DNA of 64,000 nucleotides from Bacillota bacterium (GCA_023440965.1 JAEZRC010000002.1:70302-134301), one strand, 5' to 3'. Counted from the stretch's first letter, positions 47,917 through 57,681 are shown. Numbers and translations are program-made. Notes: generated by a model not told the origin, from the sequence alone.

Positions 47917-48813
47917 TAAATAATTTTTGGAAATTTGTTTTATAGTATTTTTTATACTGTCCCTTATTTCCTGCGGTTCCAACACCTCACAGTGTTCACC
48001 ATAAGACAGTATGTAGCTTTCAAGCCAGTTTGCTTTTGGCATATTGGCTGTAACAAGAAAGCTCCCATCTGACATTACTTCAAAATTATCAAAAACATCA
48101 TAAACCATAAATGCCATTTTATGTGAAAACTTCATTTTTATTGTAATATGCTCACTTTCAAAAGGCAGTTGTTCCTGTTCAAAAACAGTTTCAGGAGCAA
48201 CTCTTTCAATCTTTTCATCAAGAACAAGTATATTGTTCATTCTTGAAAGCTTAAAAAATCTATTGTCCTTTCTCTGTCTGCAATATGCATAAAGATACCA
48301 ATCACGGCTTTTAAAGCAAAGCTTTAAGCACTCAGCAGTACGCTCTGTTTTTTCACCCTTTGAACTATAGTACTCAAACTCAACAACATTTTTATTAATT
48401 ATTGCATTTTTTAAAACAAAGAAGTTATCCTTCTTTTTATCGCCGTTTCCCCAGTCGGAAAAGTCAATCTCAATCCAGTTACTGTTTTGTTTGCCGAAAA
48501 GGGAACTTAGCCTCCCAATAGCAGGGTTGGAACTCTCTACGTCAATGGTTTTTATTGCATTTAGGGCGGATATAATATTATCCTTTTCATCCTGTGTCAG
48601 CACAGTTTTATTAAGAACAAAATCTGAAAGTAGCGATATTCCACCGCCCTTTCCCTTGCTCATAAAAACAGGAATCCCAGTGGCTGAAAGGCTTTCAATA
48701 TCCCTATAAATTGTCCTCACTGAAACCTCAAAGCGTTCAGCAAGCTCTTTTGCGGTTACAGTTTTTTTCTCTAAAAGTATGTATATTATTTCAAACATTC
48801 TGTTTATCTGCAT
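47914..48813 (-). CDS. YafY-family regulator (HTH + WYL domain)
   Basis: The MQINRMFEIIYILLEKKTVTAKELAERFEVSVRTIYRDIESL HTH, and WYL signature (RDWYLYAYC...RFFKLSRM). An alternative ATG lies 18 nt upstream (48831). Confidence 0.85.
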   Translation of the reverse strand: MQINRMFEIIYILLEKKTVTAKELAERFEVSVRTIYRDIESLSATGIPVFMSKGKGGGISLLSDFVLNKTVLTQDEKDNIISALNAIKTIDVESSNPAIGRLSSLFGKQNSNWIEIDFSDWGNGDKKKDNFFVLKNAIINKNVVEFEYYSSKGEKTERTAECLKLCFKSRDWYLYAYCRQRKDNRFFKLSRMNNILVLDEKIERVAPETVFEQEQLPFESEHITIKMKFSHKMAFMVYDVFDNFEVMSDGSFLVTANMPKANWLESYILSYGEHCEVLEPQEIRDSIKNTIKQISKNYL

Positions 48814-48829
48814 ATTATCACCCGAATAC

Positions 48830-48858
48830 ATTATATTCCTTTAATATGACATTTACAA
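48830..48858 (-). promoter_or_regulatory. candidate promoter of the WYL regulator, embedded in operator copy 2
   Basis: Minus strand TTGTAA-N17-TATAAT. The -35 lies in the 8-nt spacer of the palindrome. Confidence 0.5.
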
Positions 48859-48867
48859 GTCATATTA
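48842..48867. promoter_or_regulatory. palindromic operator copy 2: TAATATGAC-N8-GTCATATTA
   Basis: Same 9-bp arms and the same 8-nt spacing as copy 1. Lies about 30 nt upstream of the regulator start. Confidence 0.7.
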
Positions 48868-48896
48868 AAAAATATGGGTCAAAAAATGTAAATTTA

Positions 48897-48925
48897 TTGA
48901 CCTAATTGTTATTTAAAAGTATAAT
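48897..48925 (+). promoter_or_regulatory. sigma-A promoter of the response-regulator/ABC/kinase operon
   Basis: TTGACC-N17-TATAAT. Confidence 0.7.
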
Positions 48926-48956
48926 TAATATATATGAATTTACAAGAGGTGTAAAA

Positions 48957-49628
48957 ATGCAGTCGATACTCATCGTTGAAGATAATAATGACATTAACAA
49001 TCTAATTTGTGACGCTCTTTCTAAAAATGGTTATACTTGTACGCAAGCTTTTTCGGGAACAGAAGGGCTTATGCATATTAAGAATAAGGAATTTTCTCTT
49101 GTGCTGCTTGATCTGATGCTCCCAGGAATGAGCGGTGAGGAACTACTTAAAAAAATCAAGCCGCAATATAAATCACCTGTAATAATTATTTCTGCAAAGG
49201 ACGAACTTGACAGCAAGGTTGATTTACTCGTATGTGGTGCTGATGATTACATAACAAAGCCTTTTGAAATTAAAGAGCTTATTGCCCGTGTTGGTGTTGC
49301 AATAAGACATAATTCAACTGATGTATCAATGCAGATATTATCATATAAGGATTTGATACTTAACAAGACAATCTTCCAATGTCTTTTAAATAATGAGGAA
49401 GTAAGTCTTACAAAACAGGAATTCAAGATACTTGAGTTGCTAATGACATATCAGAATAAAGTCTTTTCAAAACAGGATATTTATGATTATGCGTGGGGTG
49501 ACTTTTATATTGGTGAGGACAAGACAATCAACGTCCACATAAGCAATATCCGTCAGAAATTCAAGAAGATAACTGATACTGAATACATAGAAACAGTGTG
49601 GGGAATAGGTTTTAAACTTTCAAAATAA
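48957..49628 (+). CDS. OmpR-family response regulator
   Basis: Receiver domain (ILIVEDN...DLMLPG...K) plus winged-helix Trans_reg_C (LTKQEFKILELL...VWGIGFKL). Start at MQSILIV with AGAGGTG SD. Confidence 0.9.
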   Translation: MQSILIVEDNNDINNLICDALSKNGYTCTQAFSGTEGLMHIKNKEFSLVLLDLMLPGMSGEELLKKIKPQYKSPVIIISAKDELDSKVDLLVCGADDYITKPFEIKELIARVGVAIRHNSTDVSMQILSYKDLILNKTIFQCLLNNEEVSLTKQEFKILELLMTYQNKVFSKQDIYDYAWGDFYIGEDKTINVHISNIRQKFKKITDTEYIETVWGIGFKLSK

Positions 49629-49716
49629 ATCTTTATACTTTCTTTAACTTTACTTTGCGATTAATTTGTACTTGCAGAATATAATACAGTTAATGAAACA
49701 AAACGGAGGGAATGGA

Positions 49717-50631
49717 ATGGATTATTTATTGAGTACAAATTGTCTCACAAAGAAGTTTAAAGAGCAAAAAGCTGTCAATGAAGTCAGTCTCCATGTCAAG
49801 CAGGGCGATATTTATGGTTTTATTGGAAGAAATGGAGCAGGAAAAACAACATTTCTTAAAATGATTAGCGGACTTTCCAAACCAACAAGTGGTGAAATTA
49901 CACTTTTCAATTATAAGGGCAAGGAAATAAGAAATGTCCTATCAAGAATAGGAACATTAATTGAAGCTCCTGGTATTTATTCAAACCTTAACGCTTATGA
50001 GAATCTTAAGCTTAAGTGCATATGTGCCGGAATAAAAAAACAGGGCTACATAGAAGACCTGCTTAAAATTGTTGGTCTTTCAGATGTCGGAAAGAAGAAG
50101 GCAGGGAATTTTTCTCTCGGCATGAAGCAACGTCTTGGTATCGCTATTGCACTTGTCGGTGAACCGGATCTGCTTGTTCTTGACGAGCCTATCAATGGCC
50201 TTGATCCACAGGGTATTGTTGAAGTGAGGGATACAATATTAAAACTCAACAAGGAAAAGAATATTACAATAATAATATCAAGTCATATTCTTGAGGAACT
50301 TTCAAAAATAGCAACAATTTATGGTATCATCCATGACGGAGTTCTTATAAAAGAACTTTCAAAGGAAGATCTTTTAAAGCAATGCAGAGAGCATATTGAA
50401 ATAATGCTTGAGCATCCTGAATCAGCGTGTACTGTTCTTGATGGAATGGGCATAAGTGATTATAAGGTAATCGATAAACAGACTATCCATGTTTTTGAAC
50501 AGCTTGACAAAAGTGCTGATATTAACTTTGCACTTGCTGATAAGAAGATTATGGTCAACTCAATAAGAGTTGAAAACGAAGCTTTGGAAGATTACTTTAT
50601 CGGACTTACAGGGGGTGCTAATAATGATTAA
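49717..50631 (+). CDS. ABC transporter ATP-binding protein (bacitracin/lantibiotic-protection type)
   Basis: Walker A GRNGAGKTT, signature FSLGMKQR, Walker B LLVLDEP. GGAGGG SD. Confidence 0.9.
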   Translation: MDYLLSTNCLTKKFKEQKAVNEVSLHVKQGDIYGFIGRNGAGKTTFLKMISGLSKPTSGEITLFNYKGKEIRNVLSRIGTLIEAPGIYSNLNAYENLKLKCICAGIKKQGYIEDLLKIVGLSDVGKKKAGNFSLGMKQRLGIAIALVGEPDLLVLDEPINGLDPQGIVEVRDTILKLNKEKNITIIISSHILEELSKIATIYGIIHDGVLIKELSKEDLLKQCREHIEIMLEHPESACTVLDGMGISDYKVIDKQTIHVFEQLDKSADINFALADKKIMVNSIRVENEALEDYFIGLTGGANND

Positions 50632-51493
50632 TGCAATAAAAATGGATTTATATAAAATGTTCAAGAGCAAGAGTACATGGATTTTGCTTTTCTGTATAAT
50701 CGCTGTATCTTTTGCTACTGTTGGTGTAATGAAAATTACTATCAATCAATTTAAAGATAATCCAGCTTTGCTTGAACAGATTGAACAAGCTTCATCAGAT
50801 GAAAATGTGAGCATAGGATTTACCGCAAAAACTGATAACATAACGGATCATATTAACGGAATGAAATTTACTGTCAATGAATTGTTTTCAAGTATGACAA
50901 ACGGCAGCATGATAAGTATGTTAGTTGCAATCTTCTGTCTGATATTTTTCAACTCTGAACTTAAATCAGGATATATTAAGAATCTTGCAGGACAGTTCAC
51001 GAGGCGAAGATATCTTATCTTTTCAAAGTTGGTTGTAGCGTTTTTATTCACGATTTTTACTTTTGCATTTTCAATATCTGCAATGATTCTTGGAAGTAAG
51101 GTATTTTTAGGCTATGTAATTTCAGGTGGAATGTCATCATTAATAAAGATTGTACTTACACAATTTATTTTGATGTTTGCAATTTGTGCACTAATACTTT
51201 TTATTGTTGAATGGCTAAGAAATACTGCGGGCAGTATAACGGCAAGTATGTGTATAGTTGCTGGAATCGCAGACGTTTTAGTTATGTTCCTTAGCAAGCT
51301 ACTTACAGGAAATAATATTATTAAAGACAAGGACTTTACTCTTTCAAAATATATTCTTACTGGTAATATTTCAACTATCGGACCAGCAAGTTCATCAAAA
51401 GATATGATTACGGCAGTAATAGTAGCTGGTGTATTCTTAATCTTATCAATAGTCGGAAGTGTTTTTGTCCTTGAAAAACGAGATATTAAGTAG
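50624..51493 (+). CDS. ABC-2 type permease
   Basis: About 6 TM helices. ATG overlaps the ATPase stop by 8 nt. GGGGGTG SD. Confidence 0.7.
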   Translation: MINAIKMDLYKMFKSKSTWILLFCIIAVSFATVGVMKITINQFKDNPALLEQIEQASSDENVSIGFTAKTDNITDHINGMKFTVNELFSSMTNGSMISMLVAIFCLIFFNSELKSGYIKNLAGQFTRRRYLIFSKLVVAFLFTIFTFAFSISAMILGSKVFLGYVISGGMSSLIKIVLTQFILMFAICALILFIVEWLRNTAGSITASMCIVAGIADVLVMFLSKLLTGNNIIKDKDFTLSKYILTGNISTIGPASSSKDMITAVIVAGVFLILSIVGSVFVLEKRDIK

Positions 51494-51501
51494 AGGGTTT
51501 T

Positions 51502-52401
51502 ATGAATATTTTAGCAGTATTTCTTATAATTTTTGCTATACTTCTTTCTTATATAATATACATCCAGAGGCGACAGATAAAGCTTATCTGCCGCCAATTG
51601 GCATTCATAAATAACAACAATACCAATAAGATGGTTACTCAGGAAATTAACAGTAAGTATATCAGTGAGCTTGTTGACAGCATAAATGGTATGATTGCAA
51701 ATCAGAAGACTCATGATATAAATGTCATGCGCAATAATAACAATCTTAAAGAAACCATAACAAATCTTTCACACGATATAAGAACACCGCTTACATCATT
51801 GGATGGTTATTTTCAGCTTATGAAAGAAAGTACATCTGATAAAGAAAAGGATAAATATAGCACGATTATTCAGAATCGTATTGACATTCTTAAAATAATG
51901 CTTGATGAGCTTTTTACCTATACTAAACTTCAGGATGATAAGTATACTCTTGAACTTGAAAAATGCAATTTCAACAAGCTCATTACTGCTACACTTTTTT
52001 CTTTCTATGATGAATTTAATGCAAAAGGGATTGAACCTCAGATTGATATATGCGATGAGCAATTATCTGTTTTTTGCAATCATGCAGCCGTTATAAGAGT
52101 AATTCAAAATATTATAAAGAACAGCTTTGAGCATAGTCATTCAGAAATTAAAATAACTCTTAAGAATGCTGATCAAAGAGCAGTACTTGTTTGCTACAAT
52201 AATGTCGATGATGAAGATAATATCGAAATTACACAAGTGTTTGATAGATTCTACAAGTCTGATGTTTCACGCACACAATCTTCAACAGGTCTTGGACTTT
52301 CAATTGCAAAGGGGCTTACTGAAAAAATGGGCGGAACAATTTCCGCAAGTCTTGAAGATGGAATGTTTTCTATAACTGTAATTTTTGATATAGAAAAATA
52401 A
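51502..52401 (+). CDS. sensor histidine kinase, single N-terminal TM and no extracytoplasmic domain (intramembrane-sensing type)
   Basis: H-box LSHDIRTPLTSL. N, G1 and G2 boxes (NIIKNSFEH, STGLGLSIAKG). Confidence 0.85.
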   Translation: MNILAVFLIIFAILLSYIIYIQRRQIKLICRQLAFINNNNTNKMVTQEINSKYISELVDSINGMIANQKTHDINVMRNNNNLKETITNLSHDIRTPLTSLDGYFQLMKESTSDKEKDKYSTIIQNRIDILKIMLDELFTYTKLQDDKYTLELEKCNFNKLITATLFSFYDEFNAKGIEPQIDICDEQLSVFCNHAAVIRVIQNIIKNSFEHSHSEIKITLKNADQRAVLVCYNNVDDEDNIEITQVFDRFYKSDVSRTQSSTGLGLSIAKGLTEKMGGTISASLEDGMFSITVIFDIEK

Positions 52402-52827
52402 TATAGAATTGGTTTAAGTATTGAGTTAAATATTGATAAATGTTGATTTATGATAATGCTGAAAAGTTTGTTAGGTTGCTCTCTGACAGGATATAATAAT
52501 TTGAAAGCCGGATATACTGTTATGAACAGAATTTCCGGCTATAATTATGTTTGGATAATAGTGAATAAAACTGCTGATAATAAAGTCTTAAAACATTTAT
52601 TGTAATATTATAAGGTTAGTAATGCAAAACTATTTAACAGGTTTTGTATATAATGCTAAGATACTAAAAAATATATAAACTATATTTAATAATATTCACG
52701 AAATTGAAAGTAAATTTTTTATTTTAGTTGACGAATAATATTATATGATATACAATATACAAAGTGGTATAATACTATAAAATGTGTGAATATAGTAATA
52801 ATAGCAAATTAGAAAAGGAGTATAGAA

Positions 52828-53586
52828 ATGGGAAAAAGCATTCTTAAAACAAAAAATCTTTGTAAAAATTTTAAAGCAGGCGATACAGAACAAAAAGTAT
52901 TGATAAACCTTGACCTAGATATCTATGAGGGTGATTATACAGTAATTATGGGTTCATCAGGTGCAGGTAAATCAACGTTATTGTATGCATTATCAGGTAT
53001 GGATTCACCAACAAGTGGTGAAATTGATTTTAATGGTACATCTATTATTAACAACAACAATGATAAGCTGGCTGTTTTTCGCAGAGAAAATTGTGGATTT
53101 GTATTCCAACAAATGTTCCTGCTTGATAATATGAGTATTCTCGACAATATACTTGCAGCAGGACTTCTTGTTAGTAAAGATAAGAAAGAAATCGTTACAT
53201 ATGCTAAAGAACTTCTCACAAAGGTTGGCTTGTCAGAAATAATATGGAAAAAATTCCCTTCACAACTTTCAGGTGGTGAAAATCAGAGAGCAGCTATTGT
53301 CAGAGCACTTGTAAATCGTCCAAAAGTTGTTTTTGCTGATGAGCCTACAGGAGCATTGAACTCAGCAGCGGGTAGATCTGTACTTGATACTTTGACAGAA
53401 ATCAACAATAACGGACAGAGTATTATTATGGTTACTCATGACCTTAGTTCTGCACGTCGTGGTAACAGAATTCTTTACATCAAAGACGGAGTTATTACTG
53501 GCGAATGTGATTTAGGTAAATATGTAAGTGGCGATAAGGAACGTCACGCCAAGCTATCATCATTCCTCGTAGAAATGGGGTGGTAA
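52828..53586 (+). CDS. ABC transporter ATP-binding protein (MacB/BceA type)
   Basis: GSSGAGKSTLL, LSGGENQRAAIVRAL, VVFADEPTGALN. AAGGAG SD. Confidence 0.9.
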   Translation: MGKSILKTKNLCKNFKAGDTEQKVLINLDLDIYEGDYTVIMGSSGAGKSTLLYALSGMDSPTSGEIDFNGTSIINNNNDKLAVFRRENCGFVFQQMFLLDNMSILDNILAAGLLVSKDKKEIVTYAKELLTKVGLSEIIWKKFPSQLSGGENQRAAIVRALVNRPKVVFADEPTGALNSAAGRSVLDTLTEINNNGQSIIMVTHDLSSARRGNRILYIKDGVITGECDLGKYVSGDKERHAKLSSFLVEMGW

Positions 53587-53588
53587 TA

Positions 53589-55973
53589 ATGGGCAAACTT
53601 TGGATGCAGGCATACGGAAATATAAGAAAAACTAAATCAGTATCAATTACTTTAGGGGCATTGTTCCTTATTGCAGCATTGCTTATTAATACTGGTCTTC
53701 TTGTATTTTTTAATTACGGTAGTTTTTTTAAGGATGTAAAAAAGGAGCTTAATGCTTCAGATGCTTATTTTTATCTTCCTGATAGTCTTTATAATGATCA
53801 GTCGTTAAATTATATTGAAAACAATGAGCATGTAAAAAAGACGCAGATCAATGATATGATCGTAACAGAAGTAGAATTCAAATACCAGGATAAAAACACA
53901 TCTTTTAATGTTGGCTTTTTCAATATGAACGATGATCGTGAAATGTCTAAATGGCAATATGTTGGCGAACATGAAACTGCTGATGATATGAGCATATATG
54001 TTCCAGATTTATTAAAAGCAGTTAGTGGTTACGAAATTAATGATAAGATAACATTAAAATATAAGGATGAAGTCACAAAAGAAAAAAAAGCTCTCACCTT
54101 CACAATAAAAGGTTATACTGAGGATATATATTATAGCTCTGTGGATACAGGAATTATGGGGTTCTATCTCCCTGAACAGACATATAAGAATGTGAGCAAT
54201 ATTTTAAATCATAAAAACAATAAAGCTCATATAGTTTTTGTTAATGTTGATGATGTTGCAAATGTATCAAAGATTGAGGATGGGTTAAGAGAAACATTAG
54301 GTTTGGATTCTGCCTCAATGATAGCAGGTGACAGCTCACAGATGATTTTTTCAATAGATATTTCACTTATTGAAATGGCACGTTGCATGATGCCCAAAAT
54401 GATAGCAGGAATGATGGTTTTATTTGCAACTATTATAGTAATAGTATGTCTTCTTGTTGTATGGTTCAGAATTGTAAACAGCCTTGAAGATGACATTATG
54501 AAGATTGGTTCACTAAAATCAATCGGTTACACAAACAAACAAATTACAAGCTCAATTCTTATGCAGTTCTGTCTGATTGCAGGTATCGGAAGTATTGCTG
54601 GTATAGGTCTGACATATCCACTTCTCCCTTCAATTTCAAAGATATTTGAACAACAGTCAGGTCTTAAGTGGTCACAGGGCTTTGACCTGGGAATAAGTCT
54701 AATTACAATCTTTGCTATTATTGCAGTAGTAATTTTAGTTATTAATATTGCAGCACGTCGTGTTAGGAAACTTACCCCAGTACTTGCATTAAGAGGAGAA
54801 ACAACAACAAAGAGTTTTAAGAAAAATCGTTATCCTCTTGAAAAGACAAAAGGGAATTTATCATTTGTTCTTGCCCTTAAATCAACTATTCAGAATATGA
54901 AACACAATATAATGATTATAGTAATTCTTATTGCAGTAGTTTTTGCAGGTGCATATGGCGTAATAATGTATTATAATACTTCAATAGATACAACCGCCTT
55001 TGCAATGGTTCCTGGTATGGAAATTACAAACGTAGTTGTTGCACTTGACAATAAGAAGGATACTACTGAAGTAGTTAACAAAATCAAAAATATGGATAAA
55101 GTTAAAAAGGTAGCCTTCGTTGATGAGTCAAAATATAAGATTGATGGAACTCAGGCATCAGCAATAATTATGGATGATTTCTCAAAGAAAAATTCAAACT
55201 TTGTATATGAAGGACATTATCCTAATAAGCCTGGCGAAATTGTGCTTGCTGGTGTTCTTTCTGAGAGATTGAACAAGAAAATCGGTGATTATGTAACAGT
55301 AAAATATAGTGATAATGAATTAAAATTAAAAGTAGTAGGACTTTCAAACGGTTCTTCAATGGGTGGGATAAATTCAAGTATACAGTTGAGAGAGTATAAA
55401 AAGCTTAACCCAGATTTTAAGCAACAACTTTTATACGTTTATCTTGATAAAGGAACAAATACAGCAGACTTTATAAAAAAGATTGAATCAACAATTAATA
55501 AAGAAGACTACGTTGGTATAACAAACTTTGATAAAGAACTGGAAGAGGGTATGCTTGCTTATCAGGTAGTTGTAGCAGCAATGGGTGTTTCAATGGCAAT
55601 AATTACATTGTTTGTAATTACGCTTGTATTGTACTTCATAATAAGTTCTTCAATCGTAAGAAAGAAAAAGGAACTCGGTATAAAGAAGGCAGTCGGCTTT
55701 ACCACTCTTCAGCTTATGAATCAGGTTTCAATATCCTTTGTATTCCCGATATTTATAGGAACAATTGTAGGAAGTATACTTGGTGCATTACTTACAAATC
55801 CATTTATGTCATTAGTAATGAAGAGCATGGGCATAATGAAGTCAAACTTTATTATTAATCCTTTATGGGTCATATTATTTGGGGTCTTTGTACTTGCATT
55901 CTCATATATATTAGCACTTCTCATAACATGGAGAATTAGAAAAATCTCAGCATACGCTCTTGTCACTGAATAA
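53589..55973 (+). CDS. large FtsX-family permease (BceB-like, two FtsX modules)
   Basis: About 794 aa with two TM bundles separated by a large soluble domain. The second FtsX module ends ...KKAVGFTTLQL.... The start abuts the ATPase stop. Confidence 0.8.
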   Translation: MGKLWMQAYGNIRKTKSVSITLGALFLIAALLINTGLLVFFNYGSFFKDVKKELNASDAYFYLPDSLYNDQSLNYIENNEHVKKTQINDMIVTEVEFKYQDKNTSFNVGFFNMNDDREMSKWQYVGEHETADDMSIYVPDLLKAVSGYEINDKITLKYKDEVTKEKKALTFTIKGYTEDIYYSSVDTGIMGFYLPEQTYKNVSNILNHKNNKAHIVFVNVDDVANVSKIEDGLRETLGLDSASMIAGDSSQMIFSIDISLIEMARCMMPKMIAGMMVLFATIIVIVCLLVVWFRIVNSLEDDIMKIGSLKSIGYTNKQITSSILMQFCLIAGIGSIAGIGLTYPLLPSISKIFEQQSGLKWSQGFDLGISLITIFAIIAVVILVINIAARRVRKLTPVLALRGETTTKSFKKNRYPLEKTKGNLSFVLALKSTIQNMKHNIMIIVILIAVVFAGAYGVIMYYNTSIDTTAFAMVPGMEITNVVVALDNKKDTTEVVNKIKNMDKVKKVAFVDESKYKIDGTQASAIIMDDFSKKNSNFVYEGHYPNKPGEIVLAGVLSERLNKKIGDYVTVKYSDNELKLKVVGLSNGSSMGGINSSIQLREYKKLNPDFKQQLLYVYLDKGTNTADFIKKIESTINKEDYVGITNFDKELEEGMLAYQVVVAAMGVSMAIITLFVITLVLYFIISSSIVRKKKELGIKKAVGFTTLQLMNQVSISFVFPIFIGTIVGSILGALLTNPFMSLVMKSMGIMKSNFIINPLWVILFGVFVLAFSYILALLITWRIRKISAYALVTE

Positions 55974-55981
55974 TCAACATA

Positions 55982-56009
55982 AAAAGCCTGCTTAAGCAGG
56001 CTTTTTTTA
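55982..56009 (+). terminator. intrinsic terminator
   Basis: A5-GCCTGC-ttaa-GCAGGC-T7. Confidence 0.9.
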
Positions 56010-56092
56010 TTTATAGAATAACGGTTGTTATAGGTATTTTATTGTGATATAATTTATAAAATTAGATTTACATATTATGATAGAGGTGTATT

Positions 56093-56467
56093 ATGAAAAG
56101 AGAGTTTGGTATAGCGAGATGTGGGTTAGCATGTTGCCTGTGTTCAGAAAACGCAAGCTGTAATGGTTGTGATTCAGGAGAATGTACGGATAAGGGCTGG
56201 TGCGAAAACAGAAAATGCTCTATTGATAAGGGCATAGATGCTTGTTTTTCCTGCAACGAAGATTGCAATAAGGGCTTACTTAAAAAAGTAAAACCCAAAG
56301 CTTTCACGAAATTTGTTAAGCTTTATGGTTTGGATGAATTGCTTAATTGCCTTGAACGCAATGAAAAGAATGGTGTAGTTTATCACCGCGAGGGTATTGT
56401 CGGCGATTATGATGATTTTGATAATGTTGACGACGTTATAGAGTTCATAAAAAACGGTAAGAATTAA
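56093..56467 (+). CDS. DUF3795-type Cys-rich protein
   Basis: 124 aa. CGLACCLC...CNGC...C...C pattern typical of DUF3795. Confidence 0.65.
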   Translation: MKREFGIARCGLACCLCSENASCNGCDSGECTDKGWCENRKCSIDKGIDACFSCNEDCNKGLLKKVKPKAFTKFVKLYGLDELLNCLERNEKNGVVYHREGIVGDYDDFDNVDDVIEFIKNGKN

Positions 56468-56651
56468 CTATCAGCAATACATATCTCCCATTAAATATAA
56501 CTGATCTTTAAATTGTATTGATTACCTACAAATAACATTCAAATTGAGCCACTGCTGAAATAATATATAGCTAAAGACAAAACTAAGCAAAAAATATCAG
56601 GAATTAATATTGTAATGATGTTACTATTATATCAGACAAAGGAGAAATGAA

Positions 56652-57509
56652 ATGGATTGGATAGACGGACTTCAGAATGCAATAAAGTACATTGAAAATA
56701 ATCTTTGTGAGAATATCAGCACGCAGGATATTGCAAAAAGAGCTTGTGTTTCTGAATTCTATTTTCAAAAAGCTTTCAGTATGCTTTGTGGCAATACATT
56801 AGGTGAATATATCAGAAAAAGACGATTGACTCTTGCCGGCACTGAGTTAATGTCATCTGATGAAAAAATTATTGATGTTGCTCTAAAGTATGGATATGAC
56901 TCACCGGAAAGCTTTTCAAAAGCATTCACAAGATTTCACGGGATAACTCCTTCGTCTGTCAAGAAGAACGGAGCAATGCTCAAGTCATTTGCTCCTGTAA
57001 AAATCACATTACAATTGGAAGGCGGTTATATTATGGATTACAGAATAGTTGAAAAGGAAGCTTTTACAGTACTGGGCATTAAAGGCAAGTTTAAATACGA
57101 TACAGCATTTAAGGATATTCCAAAGTTCTGGCAGGATATATGTAAGTCAGACAAGGGAGAAGTTGTTTGTGGAATGTTCGGAATTAACATTGATGAGGAA
57201 ATGGGTAATCAGCAGTTTGAATATATGGTTGCTGATAACTACATTCCTTGGAAGGATATCCCTGATGGCTGTGAAACAAAGGTTATTCCTAAGCTTACAT
57301 GGGCAGTATTCCCATGCAAAGGACCTTGCCTTGAGACACTTCAGAAGACAAACAAAAGGATTTTTTCTGAATGGTTACCAAACAACAAGGATTATGAAAT
57401 AGCTGCTGGTTTATGTATTGAACTATACAGTAATATTGCGGATTTCCCAAAGGGAATTGAAGACGAGAATTATTACGCAGAAATGTGGATTCCTGTTAAA
57501 AAGAAATAG
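56652..57509 (+). CDS. AraC-family regulator with C-terminal GyrI-like effector domain (Rob/BmrR-like architecture)
   Basis: N-terminal HTH_18 (IAKRACVSEFYFQKAF...GYDSPESFSKAFTRFHGITP). C-terminal GyrI-like domain (YRIVEKEAFTVLG...). Confidence 0.85.
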   Translation: MDWIDGLQNAIKYIENNLCENISTQDIAKRACVSEFYFQKAFSMLCGNTLGEYIRKRRLTLAGTELMSSDEKIIDVALKYGYDSPESFSKAFTRFHGITPSSVKKNGAMLKSFAPVKITLQLEGGYIMDYRIVEKEAFTVLGIKGKFKYDTAFKDIPKFWQDICKSDKGEVVCGMFGINIDEEMGNQQFEYMVADNYIPWKDIPDGCETKVIPKLTWAVFPCKGPCLETLQKTNKRIFSEWLPNNKDYEIAAGLCIELYSNIADFPKGIEDENYYAEMWIPVKKK

Positions 57510-57516
57510 TATAGTA

Positions 57517-57548
57517 AAACAGCCGCCTGAAAAGGTGGCTGTTTTTTT
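57517..57548 (+). terminator. intrinsic terminator
   Basis: AAACAGCCGCC-tgaaaa-GGTGGCTGTTT followed by a T-run (one G.U pair). Confidence 0.85.
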
Positions 57549-57681
57549 CTCTTGCTACTCTTTTATTGATATAGTATAATAAAAAGACAAGCTATGTTAT
57601 AAAAACTTTCATAACTCGTCATAACCTGTACCTTATCCACATAAAATTCAATAAGAATTATTGTAAATAAGGAGCAGTATT

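Noticed and set aside
52456-52605. 49-codon ORF (MLKSLLGCSLTGYNN...) in the 426-nt gap between the kinase and the BceA-like gene, considered as a possible bacteriocin or signal peptide
   Set aside because: It has no SD upstream of the ATG and no leader or double-Gly motif. The apparent LLGC lipobox is too close to the N-terminus. It is probably a chance ORF.
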